A stretch of 64,000 bases of DNA from Desulfatiglandales bacterium (lineage in GTDB: Bacteria > Desulfobacterota > DSM-4660 > Desulfatiglandales > HGW-15), in NCBI GenBank assembly GCA_963667015.2, contig CAXXJJ010000001.1, forward strand, positions 1,344,001-1,408,000, given 5' to 3'. Made by a program: the position numbers and the translations under genes. Shown in pieces: positions 37,316 through 48,253 of the stretch. Below the pieces are notes generated by a model that made no database searches, was not told the DNA's origin, and saw only the letters and a program-made list of their open reading frames with translations. Every line of letters starts with the position of its first letter. The first letter of the stretch is position 1.

Positions 37316-39709
37316 ATGATTAAAGGAAGTTTAGACAACAACAAACAATTATTGACTAATTTTGGACGATCATTTGTTCTTGTTTTTAACAGAAGCTTCA
37401 TGTATTCGCCAAACCACCCCTTCCAGGTTGATGCAATCAATACAGTTTTCAAGGTCATGACACAACTGCTGCAGACAGTATCACCTTCGGTCTTCATATT
37501 GAATCGTGATCAATTCTATGTGGATGAAGAGCCTCTGGATCCTAGGCTCAGTGTGTCCAGGATTGCAGCTCATTTCAAGAAGACAGGTATGGAATCCATA
37601 TCCTTCTATAATGGAGTAAAAAAAAGAGAACTCCAGCTTTTTCTCGAAATTGCGGCTTCATTAAATGAATACTCAGATGCGGAAGCCATGATCAAAGCAA
37701 TGTATAAAAAGCGAGTTGAGCACATTAAAATCAATCATGTTTTCTACAAAAAAGTGAGTGCCGAAGATGAGGTCATATCCCGGGAGATACTGGATAAAGT
37801 AACCCCTGACATGAAAGGGGAGGATCAGGTTAAAGTTAAACAGATGTTTCTGAATTCGGTCTTTAACAGTGTTCTTCAGGAAGATTTTATAAATAACCTC
37901 AATCTCCAGAATCTTCTGGGTAACCCCGGCTCTTTTTCAGAGGAATTAATTACAGCTGATCTGACAGCGGTAAACAAATATGAGAATATAAACTCAAACA
38001 TGAACGAAAACGAAGGTTCGGGTGGAAGTAAAAATTCGGGTGGAAACGGAAACTCAGGTGGAAACGGAAACTCAGGTGGAAACGGAAACTCAGGTGGAAA
38101 CGGAAATTCAGGCGGAAACGGGAACTCAGGCGGAAGTAAAAGTCAGGGAGAAAATAAAAATATTGTCGGTATCGAAGGTGGATATGATGGGCCTCGCCCC
38201 GGCCAGTTTCTTCTCCACCAGCTGCAAATATTTGAGCAGGAGGTGGAAAGAAACCTTTCCGAGGGAGCCGGCGTTGACTTACAGCAGATAGCTGAAGCCC
38301 TGTTCGATATGCGGCAGAAACTTGCTGAAGGCATAGAGGCGCAAAAGGCACTGGGTATTGCCTATTCCAATGAAGAGGAGGTCCTTTCAAAGGCCAATGA
38401 AATAACAGACAAAGTCCTCATACGTCTGATCAAGGAAGAATATAAGGGCGGTGAGGTAAGTATCCCGCGTCTGGCCCAGATTTTATGCCGATTGGTCCCT
38501 GAAGCCGACAGATTAAAACGTCTGCTGCCAAAAATCAAAGCAGCGCTTTTTGAAGAAGGCATGTCTCAGGCGGATTTTATTAATCTTATTAAAGAGTTGG
38601 AAAAGGAACTTCAGAGCGACGGATTAGTTAATATCCTTGCTGAGAGTGCAAAGGAAATCGGCATTGACGGAGATGATCTTCTGCGGCAGGTCAAGGAAAA
38701 TCCGCTCCAGTCTGCCGAGATGATATATCTTGCATCAGAGATACAGAAAAGGGGCGGTGATGAAAAGGCCCTGACAGAGCTCCTTGTAGATTTTGTTGAA
38801 AATATCGGTTCAAAATACTCACAGGAACTCTCAGAAAAAGATGATGACGGTGAAAGTTATATCCAGCAGGCTTTAGTTAATGTAAAAAGCAACTTGGCTC
38901 AACACCTAGGTAGTTTGGATATTAAAGACGATCTACTGGTTCGTCTGGAAGAAAGAGTCAACCAGAGGATGGATGATGTCTTTGATAAATTGAGGTTAGA
39001 ATGGATAAATTCCCATTCTGATTCATCCCAACATGAGCCGGCTAAAGAATTGACCGTCCTGGAAACACTTGAACGGGGAGTTAACGAGGGTGAGGAACTG
39101 TGGGAGATTTTAAGGATCATCAGGGGAAAGGTGGAATCCGGGGAAATTGATGAAAATGACTTTGATCAGATTTTTCCGGAGATGGTCAAACTGGAACAGT
39201 CCAGAAAATCCGAAAATGAAAAAAAAGGGTTATCCAGCGGGATTATGCGGGACCAGTTGCTGATGCTTCATCTTGATAAAGAAATTTCCAAGTCCCAGCG
39301 CTATAAAACAGATCTTTCTGCCCTTGCTTTTGCCCTTGTCAAAATAAAAGCAAAAGGTTCAAAGCAAAATAATGTTGATACACAGGATATAATTGATGAA
39401 CTGCTGCGCCAGTTTGTAGAGATCTTCAGAACCCCGGATACTATTGGTGAGGTCGGGAAAAATAATTTCATCGTACTTCTGCCCATGACCCACCGGGGGC
39501 ATGCGAATATGGCCCTTCGAAGGGCAATGCAGATCCTGCATTTGAATCCGCTTATTGTTAAAGGTTCTGCCTATGAGATAAAAGTTGCGGGTGTAGCGAC
39601 CGATCTTAATCTTGAAGAAACCATCAATGCCAAAATATTACTGGAACGCCTTACATCCCAGCTTAAGGAGATGACCAGAAGGATCAGCAACCTTCATGCT
39701 AATTCATAA
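37316..39709 (+). CDS. Large helical hypothetical protein with GGNGNS linker and possible degenerate GGDEF-like C-terminus
   Basis: 797-aa ORF; 18-bp repeats at about 38020-38140; C-term 'LDKEISKSQRY..LS..A..FRTPDTIG....FIVLLPMT'. Confidence 0.6.
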   Translation: MIKGSLDNNKQLLTNFGRSFVLVFNRSFMYSPNHPFQVDAINTVFKVMTQLLQTVSPSVFILNRDQFYVDEEPLDPRLSVSRIAAHFKKTGMESISFYNGVKKRELQLFLEIAASLNEYSDAEAMIKAMYKKRVEHIKINHVFYKKVSAEDEVISREILDKVTPDMKGEDQVKVKQMFLNSVFNSVLQEDFINNLNLQNLLGNPGSFSEELITADLTAVNKYENINSNMNENEGSGGSKNSGGNGNSGGNGNSGGNGNSGGNGNSGGNGNSGGSKSQGENKNIVGIEGGYDGPRPGQFLLHQLQIFEQEVERNLSEGAGVDLQQIAEALFDMRQKLAEGIEAQKALGIAYSNEEEVLSKANEITDKVLIRLIKEEYKGGEVSIPRLAQILCRLVPEADRLKRLLPKIKAALFEEGMSQADFINLIKELEKELQSDGLVNILAESAKEIGIDGDDLLRQVKENPLQSAEMIYLASEIQKRGGDEKALTELLVDFVENIGSKYSQELSEKDDDGESYIQQALVNVKSNLAQHLGSLDIKDDLLVRLEERVNQRMDDVFDKLRLEWINSHSDSSQHEPAKELTVLETLERGVNEGEELWEILRIIRGKVESGEIDENDFDQIFPEMVKLEQSRKSENEKKGLSSGIMRDQLLMLHLDKEISKSQRYKTDLSALAFALVKIKAKGSKQNNVDTQDIIDELLRQFVEIFRTPDTIGEVGKNNFIVLLPMTHRGHANMALRRAMQILHLNPLIVKGSAYEIKVAGVATDLNLEETINAKILLERLTSQLKEMTRRISNLHANS

Positions 39710-39799
39710 TAAGGCGAGTATTAAATATCCAATTATCAGTTTTAATTCCAACAGGAAGAAAGATAAGAGAAACCATTAATCATTTTAGGTATCCGGGAA

Positions 39800-41023
39800 A
39801 TGGAATCTTTACCTTACGATATAGATGATGCAACAAGCATTATGAAAACTCAGCATATTACCCAGGTGGATGCTGAGTTTCTTCCGGAAAAAGACATCCC
39901 AAAAGATAGTTCCATGAGAGAAGACTATGAGAAGCTTCGGATTACCTACGAACTGCAGCGGGATATCGGTTCCGAGATAGAGGTCGATTTAGTGCTGAAC
40001 CGTATACTGGACCGCACCTTCGAATTTCTCAATTATGACCGGGGAATTATTCTTCTTGTAAACAAGAAAGGTAAACTTAAAGCCAGGGTCATCAAGAATA
40101 TAACAAATGAAAAAAGAAACCAGTTGTCAACAACACTTCTCAAACATGTTATAAATAAAAAAGAAGGAATTATCTCTTCCGATGTCCTTACCGACAAGCG
40201 TTTCAATAGGGCAGAATCAATTATTTTCAGTGGAATACGTTCCGCCATAGTTACTCCAATTCTTCAGGGAAATGAGGTGCTGGGGGTCATCGTTATTGAG
40301 TCGTGGAAAAAGGTCGCAGCATTCACTGAAAAAGATCTGCGTCTGATAATGAATATCGCCAGCCATACTGCGCAGTTCATCAAAAATTCCCTGCTCCATG
40401 AAGAGCTGCAAATGTCCTTCGACAGTGCTATTCGCACCCTGTCGGCGACGGTTGATGCCAAACACACACTGACTGCAGGCCATAGTGAGCGGGTTGCAAA
40501 GTTAGCTGTGCTTATTGCCAGGGAGCTGGGATTAAAGAGACACAGGATTGAAACACTAAGGTACGCAGCGCTCCTTCACGACATCGGGAAAATTGGAATA
40601 TCTGATAAAGTCCTGTTGAAAAACGGCCCCTTCAATATTTTCGAACGCGAGGAAATGAACAGTCACCCGGTAAAGACAAAAGATATCCTGGAAAAATTTC
40701 ATTTTCCTAAAATGTTAAAAAATATCCCTGATATTGCGGCTCTTCATCACGAAAGGCTTGACGGAACGGGCTATCCCTATGGGGTAACAAATTCAGAGAT
40801 ACCATTGGAAACAAAAATACTTTCGGTTGCTGATGTATTTGATGCCCTTACATCCAGTCGTGATTATCCTAAACATGATGAAGCAGGGAAAGATATGAAA
40901 TGTAAAAAGTTGTCCACCAACCAAGCTGTTTCTATTATTGAGAAAGAGGCAGGCACCCACTTTGATGTCAGCATAGTTAACGCATTAAAAAAATGTCTGG
41001 CCTGCACCGGCGACGGCAATTAA
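39800..41023 (+). CDS. GAF + HD-GYP phosphodiesterase
   Basis: 'TAGHSERV', 'LLHDIGK', 'HHERLDGTGYP', 'VADVFDAL'. Confidence 0.92.
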   Translation: MESLPYDIDDATSIMKTQHITQVDAEFLPEKDIPKDSSMREDYEKLRITYELQRDIGSEIEVDLVLNRILDRTFEFLNYDRGIILLVNKKGKLKARVIKNITNEKRNQLSTTLLKHVINKKEGIISSDVLTDKRFNRAESIIFSGIRSAIVTPILQGNEVLGVIVIESWKKVAAFTEKDLRLIMNIASHTAQFIKNSLLHEELQMSFDSAIRTLSATVDAKHTLTAGHSERVAKLAVLIARELGLKRHRIETLRYAALLHDIGKIGISDKVLLKNGPFNIFEREEMNSHPVKTKDILEKFHFPKMLKNIPDIAALHHERLDGTGYPYGVTNSEIPLETKILSVADVFDALTSSRDYPKHDEAGKDMKCKKLSTNQAVSIIEKEAGTHFDVSIVNALKKCLACTGDGN

Positions 41024-41244
41024 TATTTTTCAAGTAAAAAACATTATTCTACAGGGTTAAAATTTGCTGCAGTTCAAATTTTACTCTCTTTAATATCAAA
41101 TGACTTGTCGGTAACAGAGATTAACCCTGAACCCGATATCATTTTAAATCGGCAACTGCTGTCTGCTCATGGCAATTTCCCTTGCATTTTAGCCCTATTC
41201 GCCTAAAATCTGACCAACTGTAAATACACCGAAAAGGAGTCCCT

Positions 41245-43494
41245 ATGAAATCATTTATAACAATCGTATTGTCATTGTTTATAACCTGTCTGGTCTCCTG
41301 CCAGACAACCGGGATGAAATCAGTAAAAGAGATCTCTAATAAACCGGTCAGTGATAATTTATTATATGAACCCGGGGGTATGTGGATGCCGCAGCAGATT
41401 GCGAGCATCCATGCTGATACGCTGAAAAAGATGGGCCTGGAACTTGATCCCCGGGTATTTGCAGACCCACTGGAGTTTCCGCTCAATGCGATTGTTCATC
41501 TTGGTGGATGTTCCGGCTCCTTTGTTTCTCCGGAAGGACTGGTCATCACTAATTACCACTGTGCAAAAGGATACATGCAATACAATTCAACAGAAGGCAA
41601 TAACCTTTTACATACAGGTTTCAAGGCTGCCAGCCGCAAGGTGGAAGTGCCGGCCGGTCCTACTGCCCGAATCTATATCACAACCGCAGTTACTGATGTG
41701 ACCGAACGCGTACTGAAAGGCATAAAGGATATCGAGGATGACCTGGAAAGATACAACGCCATTGAGCAACGTGAAAAAGAACTGACCATGGAATTTGAAG
41801 CTGCTAATCCGCATTCCCGCTGTGATGTGGTCTCATTTTACGGAGGCGGAAAATTCTATGTCATAACACGAATGGAAATAAAAGATGTCCGTCTGGTGTA
41901 TTCACCGCACAGAGGCATTGGTGAATTCGGCGGTGATATAGACAACTGGATGTGGCCCCGTCATACTGGGGATTTTTCTTTTATCCGTGCTTATGTGGCA
42001 CCGGACGGCACACCCGCAGAATATTCTGAAGAAAATATTCCGTTTAAACCAAAGGCATTTTTGAAAATCGCGAAGGAAGGCTTTAAACCTGGAGACCTGG
42101 CCTTTGTCGTGGGCTACCCGGGCAGTACCGAACGCCTTACAACTGCTGTAGAAACAGAATTTGATGTAGACTGGAACATGCCCCGCCTAATCCAGCTGTA
42201 TCAAGATATCATTGATGCAATACATGAAACAGCAGGTGATGACGAGACTTTAAATATCAAGGCAGCCGGAATGCTGGCAGGTCTTGAGAATACCAAAAAA
42301 AATTTTATTGGTGTGCTGGAAGGTGCAAAGAAAAAGAATCTTGTAAAGGGTAAATTCGAAAATGAAAGGAAACTCCAGGCCTGGATTAATTCAGACAGGG
42401 ATCGAAAGATAAAATATGGTTCTGTAATTGATGAAATAAATACATTACTGGAGGAGCATTACAAATCCCGTGAGAAGGATTTGATGACCCGCCTGTTGGG
42501 CAGTATTTCACCGCTTAGCTCAGCAGTAAAAATTGTTCGAATGGCTGAAGAAAGGCCCAAACCTGATCTGGATCGCGATCCCGACTACCAGGAACGTAAC
42601 TGGCAGCGCCTGGAGCAAAGTGATATTCAACTGCAGCAGACCTACTCACGGGAACTAAGTACCTCGATACTGGAGCTGCTGTTGTCTGAAAGTGCAAGGC
42701 TGCCGGAGGACAAACGTCCTGAGATACTGACTTTCATATCTGCTGATGCTGATATTTCTGAATTGGAGATAAAAAACTATCTGAATGAGATGTTCAATAA
42801 AACCGATCTGGAGAATGCGAAGACAAGGACGCATCTTTTAAAAAATGCCACAACGGAAGAATTAAAGCAAAGCAGTGACAGGATCATACAGGTTGCACTA
42901 AAGCTCAGTCCGTTACTTGAAGACATTAAGGAACGCGGCAAACGACTATCCGGAGCACTTGTTCAACTTTATCCATCCTATTTTGAGGCATTAAATGAAT
43001 ATAATTCAGGCAACCTTGCACCTGATGCAAACAATACGATACGTATTTCCTTTGGAACAGTACGCGGGTTCAGGCCAACCCCGGAGGCAGAGGAGTATTA
43101 TCCCTTTACTAAAATATGGGAAATGATCGAGAAATGGGGAAAGAATAAGGGCAGTTTTCCCTTTGATGCACCAGATGCCATAATTGACGCAGTACAGGAG
43201 CGCAGATTTGAAGGCTATGTGCCCGATGATATCGGCGAGGTTCCGGTAGATGTGTTAACGGATCTGGATATCACCGGCGGCAATTCAGGTTCGGCAACAC
43301 TGAACAATAAGGGAGAATTTGCCGGGATAGCCTTTGATGGAAATATCGAAGGTGTTGCAAGCGACCTGGTATTTTTACCCGAACTCACACGGGCCATACA
43401 TGTTGACGTCCGTTATATCCTGTGGATACTGGATCAGGTTGAAAATATGGATTACCTGTTAGATGAAATGGGGGTTGAGGCAAAACATAATTAA
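41245..43494 (+). CDS. S46-family dipeptidyl peptidase, lipoprotein
   Basis: 'GGMWMP', 'GCSGSFVS', 'TNYHC', 'NWMWPRHTGDF', 'DITGGNSGS'. Confidence 0.93.
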   Translation: MKSFITIVLSLFITCLVSCQTTGMKSVKEISNKPVSDNLLYEPGGMWMPQQIASIHADTLKKMGLELDPRVFADPLEFPLNAIVHLGGCSGSFVSPEGLVITNYHCAKGYMQYNSTEGNNLLHTGFKAASRKVEVPAGPTARIYITTAVTDVTERVLKGIKDIEDDLERYNAIEQREKELTMEFEAANPHSRCDVVSFYGGGKFYVITRMEIKDVRLVYSPHRGIGEFGGDIDNWMWPRHTGDFSFIRAYVAPDGTPAEYSEENIPFKPKAFLKIAKEGFKPGDLAFVVGYPGSTERLTTAVETEFDVDWNMPRLIQLYQDIIDAIHETAGDDETLNIKAAGMLAGLENTKKNFIGVLEGAKKKNLVKGKFENERKLQAWINSDRDRKIKYGSVIDEINTLLEEHYKSREKDLMTRLLGSISPLSSAVKIVRMAEERPKPDLDRDPDYQERNWQRLEQSDIQLQQTYSRELSTSILELLLSESARLPEDKRPEILTFISADADISELEIKNYLNEMFNKTDLENAKTRTHLLKNATTEELKQSSDRIIQVALKLSPLLEDIKERGKRLSGALVQLYPSYFEALNEYNSGNLAPDANNTIRISFGTVRGFRPTPEAEEYYPFTKIWEMIEKWGKNKGSFPFDAPDAIIDAVQERRFEGYVPDDIGEVPVDVLTDLDITGGNSGSATLNNKGEFAGIAFDGNIEGVASDLVFLPELTRAIHVDVRYILWILDQVENMDYLLDEMGVEAKHN

Positions 43495-43568
43495 TTGCAT
43501 AATCATCCAATATTTTTGATTGATAGTGCATATTAACAAGCTGCCAATGATATTTCACAAATCTTGAA

Positions 43569-45017
43569 GTGAGGGTTATGATGGATCAGGTCAAACTGGA
43601 TGCAGGCATTATTTCGGGCCTAAGGACAGCTCATGATAACAAAGAGATAAATATCTTCAGGGGTATCCCATATGCGGCTCCGCCTGTAGGGGGTTTACGA
43701 TGGAAACCGCCGCAGCCGGCAGCATCATGGCCCGGTGTGCGCGAATGCACCAGGTTCAGTATTCAGCCTGCCCAGTATCCTGACATACATGCATCAGGTA
43801 AAATGCAGGCCGTACCATCGAGTGAAGACTGTCTTTATCTTAATGTTATGACACCTGCAAAAATGCCCGGGGACAGGCTGCCTGTAATGGTCTGGTTTCA
43901 TGGTGGCGGTACGCGATATGGAAACGGCAATGTCCCTATCAGTAACAGCCCCGGACTTCCTGCTCATGATGTTATACTGGTTACTGTCAATACCCGTCTG
44001 GGGATATTCGGTTTATTCTCTCACCCCTTAATTTCCGAAGAATCTCCCCATAAAGCCTCAGGCAATTATCTCTTTCTGGACATGGTTGCTTCACTTGAGT
44101 GGGTCAAAAGGAATATAGCTGCATTTGGCGGGGACCCTGATAATGTGACCATATTCGGTCAGTCCGGCGGTGGTTTGAAGGTAGCGGCCCTGCTCGCTTC
44201 ACCCCTGGCCAGAGGGCTTTTTCACGGGGCGATCATCCAGAGCGGCGGGAAATATTTTGATCCGACAAAACAAAAAGATCTGGAAAAATACGGTGACAAT
44301 TTTTTTGAAAAACTGGGTGTCCATAAAAAGCAGGACCCTCTTGCAGAGGCACGTGCAATACCCTGGGAGAAGATTGCTGATGTTGAACAGGTGTTAAACG
44401 ATGAACTGGGTCCGGAGTTTGTATTCATGGGACCCTGGAGCCTTGTAGAGGACGGATGGTTTATGCCGGATTCAATATTCAATTTATTCAGAAACGGCAA
44501 ACGGAATCAGGTCTCCTACCTTGTGACAGCCGACATGGGAGAACTGACAGGCCCCGGCCTTGTTATTGCCGATACCATGATCGGAGATTACCTGAATATG
44601 CTTGAGGCATCAGCCAACCCAAAGGCAAGAGGATATGCTGCGGTATTTGACCGGGTACCTGACAACTGGCGTCAGGAAGGCTGCGTGGCTGCCCATGGCA
44701 TGGAACTGCACTACATGTTTGGTTCTCTGGATGTTACAGAAGCCTGGGAAGCCCATTATGAGGGTTTTACCTTCTCCGGTGCAAAATCACCCCTTCCGGT
44801 CATCACAGATGTTGATAGAAAAATTTCGGAAGCCATGTTAAATATCTGGACTCAATTTGCCAGAACAGGAAACCCGAGTGTAGGCGGGCTGATAGAATGG
44901 CCGGCATGGGATAAGGATAGTGACAGGTACCTGAGCATTACAGAGAAACTGGAGATAAAGTCCGGATTTTCTGACTTTACAAAGATAGAACCCATAAAGG
45001 GTGACATAATTTTATAA
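43569..45017 (+). CDS. Type B carboxylesterase
   Basis: 'FRGIPYAAPP', 'SEDCLYLNV', 'HGGG', 'FGQSGGG'. Confidence 0.93.
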   Translation: MRVMMDQVKLDAGIISGLRTAHDNKEINIFRGIPYAAPPVGGLRWKPPQPAASWPGVRECTRFSIQPAQYPDIHASGKMQAVPSSEDCLYLNVMTPAKMPGDRLPVMVWFHGGGTRYGNGNVPISNSPGLPAHDVILVTVNTRLGIFGLFSHPLISEESPHKASGNYLFLDMVASLEWVKRNIAAFGGDPDNVTIFGQSGGGLKVAALLASPLARGLFHGAIIQSGGKYFDPTKQKDLEKYGDNFFEKLGVHKKQDPLAEARAIPWEKIADVEQVLNDELGPEFVFMGPWSLVEDGWFMPDSIFNLFRNGKRNQVSYLVTADMGELTGPGLVIADTMIGDYLNMLEASANPKARGYAAVFDRVPDNWRQEGCVAAHGMELHYMFGSLDVTEAWEAHYEGFTFSGAKSPLPVITDVDRKISEAMLNIWTQFARTGNPSVGGLIEWPAWDKDSDRYLSITEKLEIKSGFSDFTKIEPIKGDIIL

Positions 45018-45075
45018 ACTCTCTGGGGCTGGTAAAATTTTTTTAATTATACAGTATAGATTATTAACAGGGTAT

Positions 45076-46461
45076 TTAAGATAAAGTAATCTTTAATATA
45101 TTTTTTGTGTTTGAGGTTACCTTGTAGCGGTTATCAATCCTGTGTCCGCATACCCAGACTGTTTCATCATCTTTCACCAGGATTGGTGTTTGTTTCCTGA
45201 TTGCAGGCGGGATTTTTTGATCAATGAAAAAGTCCTTTATCTTTTTTTTGCCTGTCATTCCAAGGGGCACAAATCTGTCACCCGGTCTGGAATTTCTTAT
45301 GATGAGAGGGCAGGGGAGTAAATCCTTATCAAGAAAAGCTGTATCTGCATCACTTGTTATTAAAGTCTGCTGTTCACCGGTGAAATCCTCTATCGTAAGC
45401 GTCCTGCCAATTTCGTGAATATAGTACTCTCCCTTCTCTCTTATTTCATAGAAAAAACCATCAGGTGCAGTCTTCTGAGAAGTGAATATCAGCCTGCTGT
45501 ATTCCTTCCTTACAACCAGGTCGCCTGGCAGATCAATAGGGATATTCGGCTTTTCATTTGCGGTAAGGTCGATTATTGCCTCAACATGATCGGAATCAAT
45601 GGCATACAGGGTTTTGTTATATCTCTTTACAATATTCCTGATTATTCTTCTTACGAATGCAGAGGGCAATTCATTCAGTAAAGGGATATCAATATAATGA
45701 GCTCCCGATTCAACCTGTTTAATATTTTCGTCTACCCATCTGTCAGTCTGGCTCTCAAAGAAACTGTTTTCATCTCTGAGGTTATCAGACAGCCTGCCCA
45801 GAATCTCAACCAAGCCGGGCTGATATTTCAGCAGCTCCGGCAGCAGCTCCAGTCTTATTTTATTTCTGAGAAACCTGTTATCATTGTTAGAGCTGTCTGT
45901 AGCATATTCGAGATTTCTATGTTCCAGGTAAGCAATAATATCTTCTCTGCCGATCTCTATCAGAGGCCTGATAATTGTATTATCCCTTACCGGCGGTATG
46001 CCTGACAGCCCTGTCATACCGCTTCCCCTTAACAGCCGCATTAAAACTGTTTCTGCCTGGTCATTAAGATTATGTCCCATAGCAATTTTATGGGCTTTGA
46101 ACTTCTGTTTGGTTCGTTCAAGGAAATCATATCTGAGTTCCCTGGCCTTTTCTTCAAGAGAGGATGAAAAGGGGCTGAGTCCAAAGGCCTTTTCAGTTTC
46201 AAAGGGCAGGCCCCGAGAGTCGGCATACCCCCTGACAAGATCTGTCTCACGGTCATCTTCTCCAGGTCGCAGGCCGTGTTCATAATGGGCTATTACAAGA
46301 TCTATATCCATTTCTGCTGATAAATCTGCCAGTACATCCATAAGGCATATGGAGTCGGGACCCCCTGAAACAGCCACGATGATTCTTTCTCCTGCCTTGA
46401 TCATATTGTATTTCAGGATGCTGTCTATTACTGTTTTTATTATCTGTTTTTTTGCAGGCAT
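45076..46461 (-). CDS. tilS: tRNA(Ile)-lysidine synthetase
   Basis: 'AVSGGPDS', 'ARELRY', 'GHNLNDQAET', 'RNKIR'. Confidence 0.95.
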   Translation of the reverse strand: MPAKKQIIKTVIDSILKYNMIKAGERIIVAVSGGPDSICLMDVLADLSAEMDIDLVIAHYEHGLRPGEDDRETDLVRGYADSRGLPFETEKAFGLSPFSSSLEEKARELRYDFLERTKQKFKAHKIAMGHNLNDQAETVLMRLLRGSGMTGLSGIPPVRDNTIIRPLIEIGREDIIAYLEHRNLEYATDSSNNDNRFLRNKIRLELLPELLKYQPGLVEILGRLSDNLRDENSFFESQTDRWVDENIKQVESGAHYIDIPLLNELPSAFVRRIIRNIVKRYNKTLYAIDSDHVEAIIDLTANEKPNIPIDLPGDLVVRKEYSRLIFTSQKTAPDGFFYEIREKGEYYIHEIGRTLTIEDFTGEQQTLITSDADTAFLDKDLLPCPLIIRNSRPGDRFVPLGMTGKKKIKDFFIDQKIPPAIRKQTPILVKDDETVWVCGHRIDNRYKVTSNTKNILKITLS

Positions 46462-46535
46462 TTAGAGGCTTTCCACTGCCAAAATATTTTTCAAATATTG
46501 CGGCTTACCCGGCTTCGCTTCCAGCTATGCCGCGG

Positions 46536-46587
46536 TCACACAGCTGTTTATCCCTGTTGCTTGCTACAGGGATAAACAGCTGTGTGA
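46536..46587. repeat. Perfect 22-bp stem hairpin between ihfA and tilS
   Basis: TCACACAGCTGTTTATCCCTGT - 8-nt loop - ACAGGGATAAACAGCTGTGTGA. Confidence 0.8.
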
Positions 46588-46670
46588 ATAAAAAGCCTCG
46601 AAGCCCTGGCAAAGTATCAATTTGTTTGCTTAAGCTGCGAGGCAGGATACAGAAGATATTTAAGAGAGAT

Positions 46671-46949
46671 CTAGCCGTTAAACTTATCCCTTAAAACCGA
46701 AGAACAGTTAAATGTAACAACCTTCCTTTTATCAAGGATCAGATCATCGCCCGTAGCAGGATTTCTGCCTCTGCGCTCTCTTTTTTCTTTCACACTGAAT
46801 TTCCCAAAACCTGATATGAGTACATCTTCGCCATTCGCAAGATTTTTTTTCATGATTTCTAAGAGGTTTTCAAGCATCTGAACGGATTTTTTTCTGTTAA
46901 AGCCAATTTTAAGTAGATCTTCCACAATATCTGTTTTTGTTAGTGACAT
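46671..46949 (-). CDS. ihfA: Integration host factor alpha subunit
   Basis: 'MSLTKTDIV', 'GEDVLISGFGKF', 'GRNPATG', 'RKVVTF'. Confidence 0.88.
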   Translation of the reverse strand: MSLTKTDIVEDLLKIGFNRKKSVQMLENLLEIMKKNLANGEDVLISGFGKFSVKEKRERRGRNPATGDDLILDKRKVVTFNCSSVLRDKFNG

Positions 46950-47131
46950 CGCTTCTCCTGAAATTCGAACTGTTATTACATCCTGTATTTTATTGTACTA
47001 TGTTCTTTACTGTTATGGTATTATTGTGATATCTCTGTTAACATATTGCTTTTATGATGTAAATAGTACTTTTTCATTAATATGAAAATGCCTCAAGAAA
47101 ATAGTTGAACCTTATATAAACAGGATAGATT

Positions 47132-47500
47132 ATGGAATCTGAAAATAGAAAATTTACAAGGTTTTATTATAGGATGAGGTCCGAGTTTTCTGTAAACAAC
47201 TATATGTATGAGATTGATGAGCTCATTAATCTAAGCGTAGGGGGATGTCTTCTGCCGGTTGCCGTTGATGCAGAATCGGGCGATGAATGTTCTTTAAAGA
47301 TACTGCTCGGGGATACTGAAGAGGCACCCGTTGTATCAGTAGGGGGCAGGATTACACGGATTAACGATGATACAACCGCTGTAAGTTTTATAAAAATTGA
47401 TCCCGAAAGCCTGGAACATTTGCACAAGATCTCTCAATATAACTCGCCTGATCCTGAAAAGACTGAGAAAGAGATAAAAGAGCATCCCGGATTATTTTAA
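47132..47500 (+). CDS. PilZ domain protein
   Basis: RxxxR 'NRKFTR' and 'NLSVGG'. Confidence 0.85.
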   Translation: MESENRKFTRFYYRMRSEFSVNNYMYEIDELINLSVGGCLLPVAVDAESGDECSLKILLGDTEEAPVVSVGGRITRINDDTTAVSFIKIDPESLEHLHKISQYNSPDPEKTEKEIKEHPGLF

Positions 47501-47611
47501 GGGTATGATCTGTTCCTGATGAATTTTTCTACAGTATTGCATCCTCATAAAAGCATTATCTAGAATATATCTAACATATCACACAGTGGTATTATATGGA
47601 GCATTACAACC

Positions 47612-48253
47612 ATGATTGCTATTATTGATTATAAAGCGGGTAATCTGACAAGTGTAAAACGGGCGCTTGATTCCATTGGTCAGGACTCTGTAATAACTTC
47701 TGACTGCAGGCAGATTTTAGACGCCGACAGGATCATTTTCCCCGGAGTAGGGGCGGCAGGAAAGGCCACCAGTGACCTCAGGGCAGGAGGGCTTGATACA
47801 GCATTAAAAGAGGCCTTTGAAGCAGGTAAACCGATTCTCGGGATCTGTCTGGGCACGCAGATTATCCTGGAAGCAAGCCAGGAGAATAATGCACAGTGCA
47901 TAGGGCTTATAAAGGGGCAGGTAATTAAATTCCCTGATGATCTCCAGGACATTGACGGAAGAAAGCTTAAGGTTCCGCACATGGGATGGAACCGCGTTGA
48001 GCTGAAGGCATCATCTCATCCTTTATTTGAAGGCGTTGCTCCTGACAGTGAATTTTATTTTGTTCATTCATATTATCCGTCACCTGAATCCGGTGACAGG
48101 ATTCTGGGTGAGACATCATACGGCATAACCTTTGCGTCGGTAATAGCATCAGGCAATCTTGTGGCCATGCAGTTCCACCCGGAAAAAAGCGGGAAACCGG
48201 GTCTTAGAATATTAAAAAACTTCTGTAACTGGAGCGGAAAAACCAATGCTTAG
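47612..48253 (+). CDS. hisH: Imidazole glycerol phosphate synthase, glutaminase subunit
   Basis: 'IIDYKAGNL', 'LGICLG', 'PHMGWN', 'QFHPEKS'. Confidence 0.97.
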   Translation: MIAIIDYKAGNLTSVKRALDSIGQDSVITSDCRQILDADRIIFPGVGAAGKATSDLRAGGLDTALKEAFEAGKPILGICLGTQIILEASQENNAQCIGLIKGQVIKFPDDLQDIDGRKLKVPHMGWNRVELKASSHPLFEGVAPDSEFYFVHSYYPSPESGDRILGETSYGITFASVIASGNLVAMQFHPEKSGKPGLRILKNFCNWSGKTNA

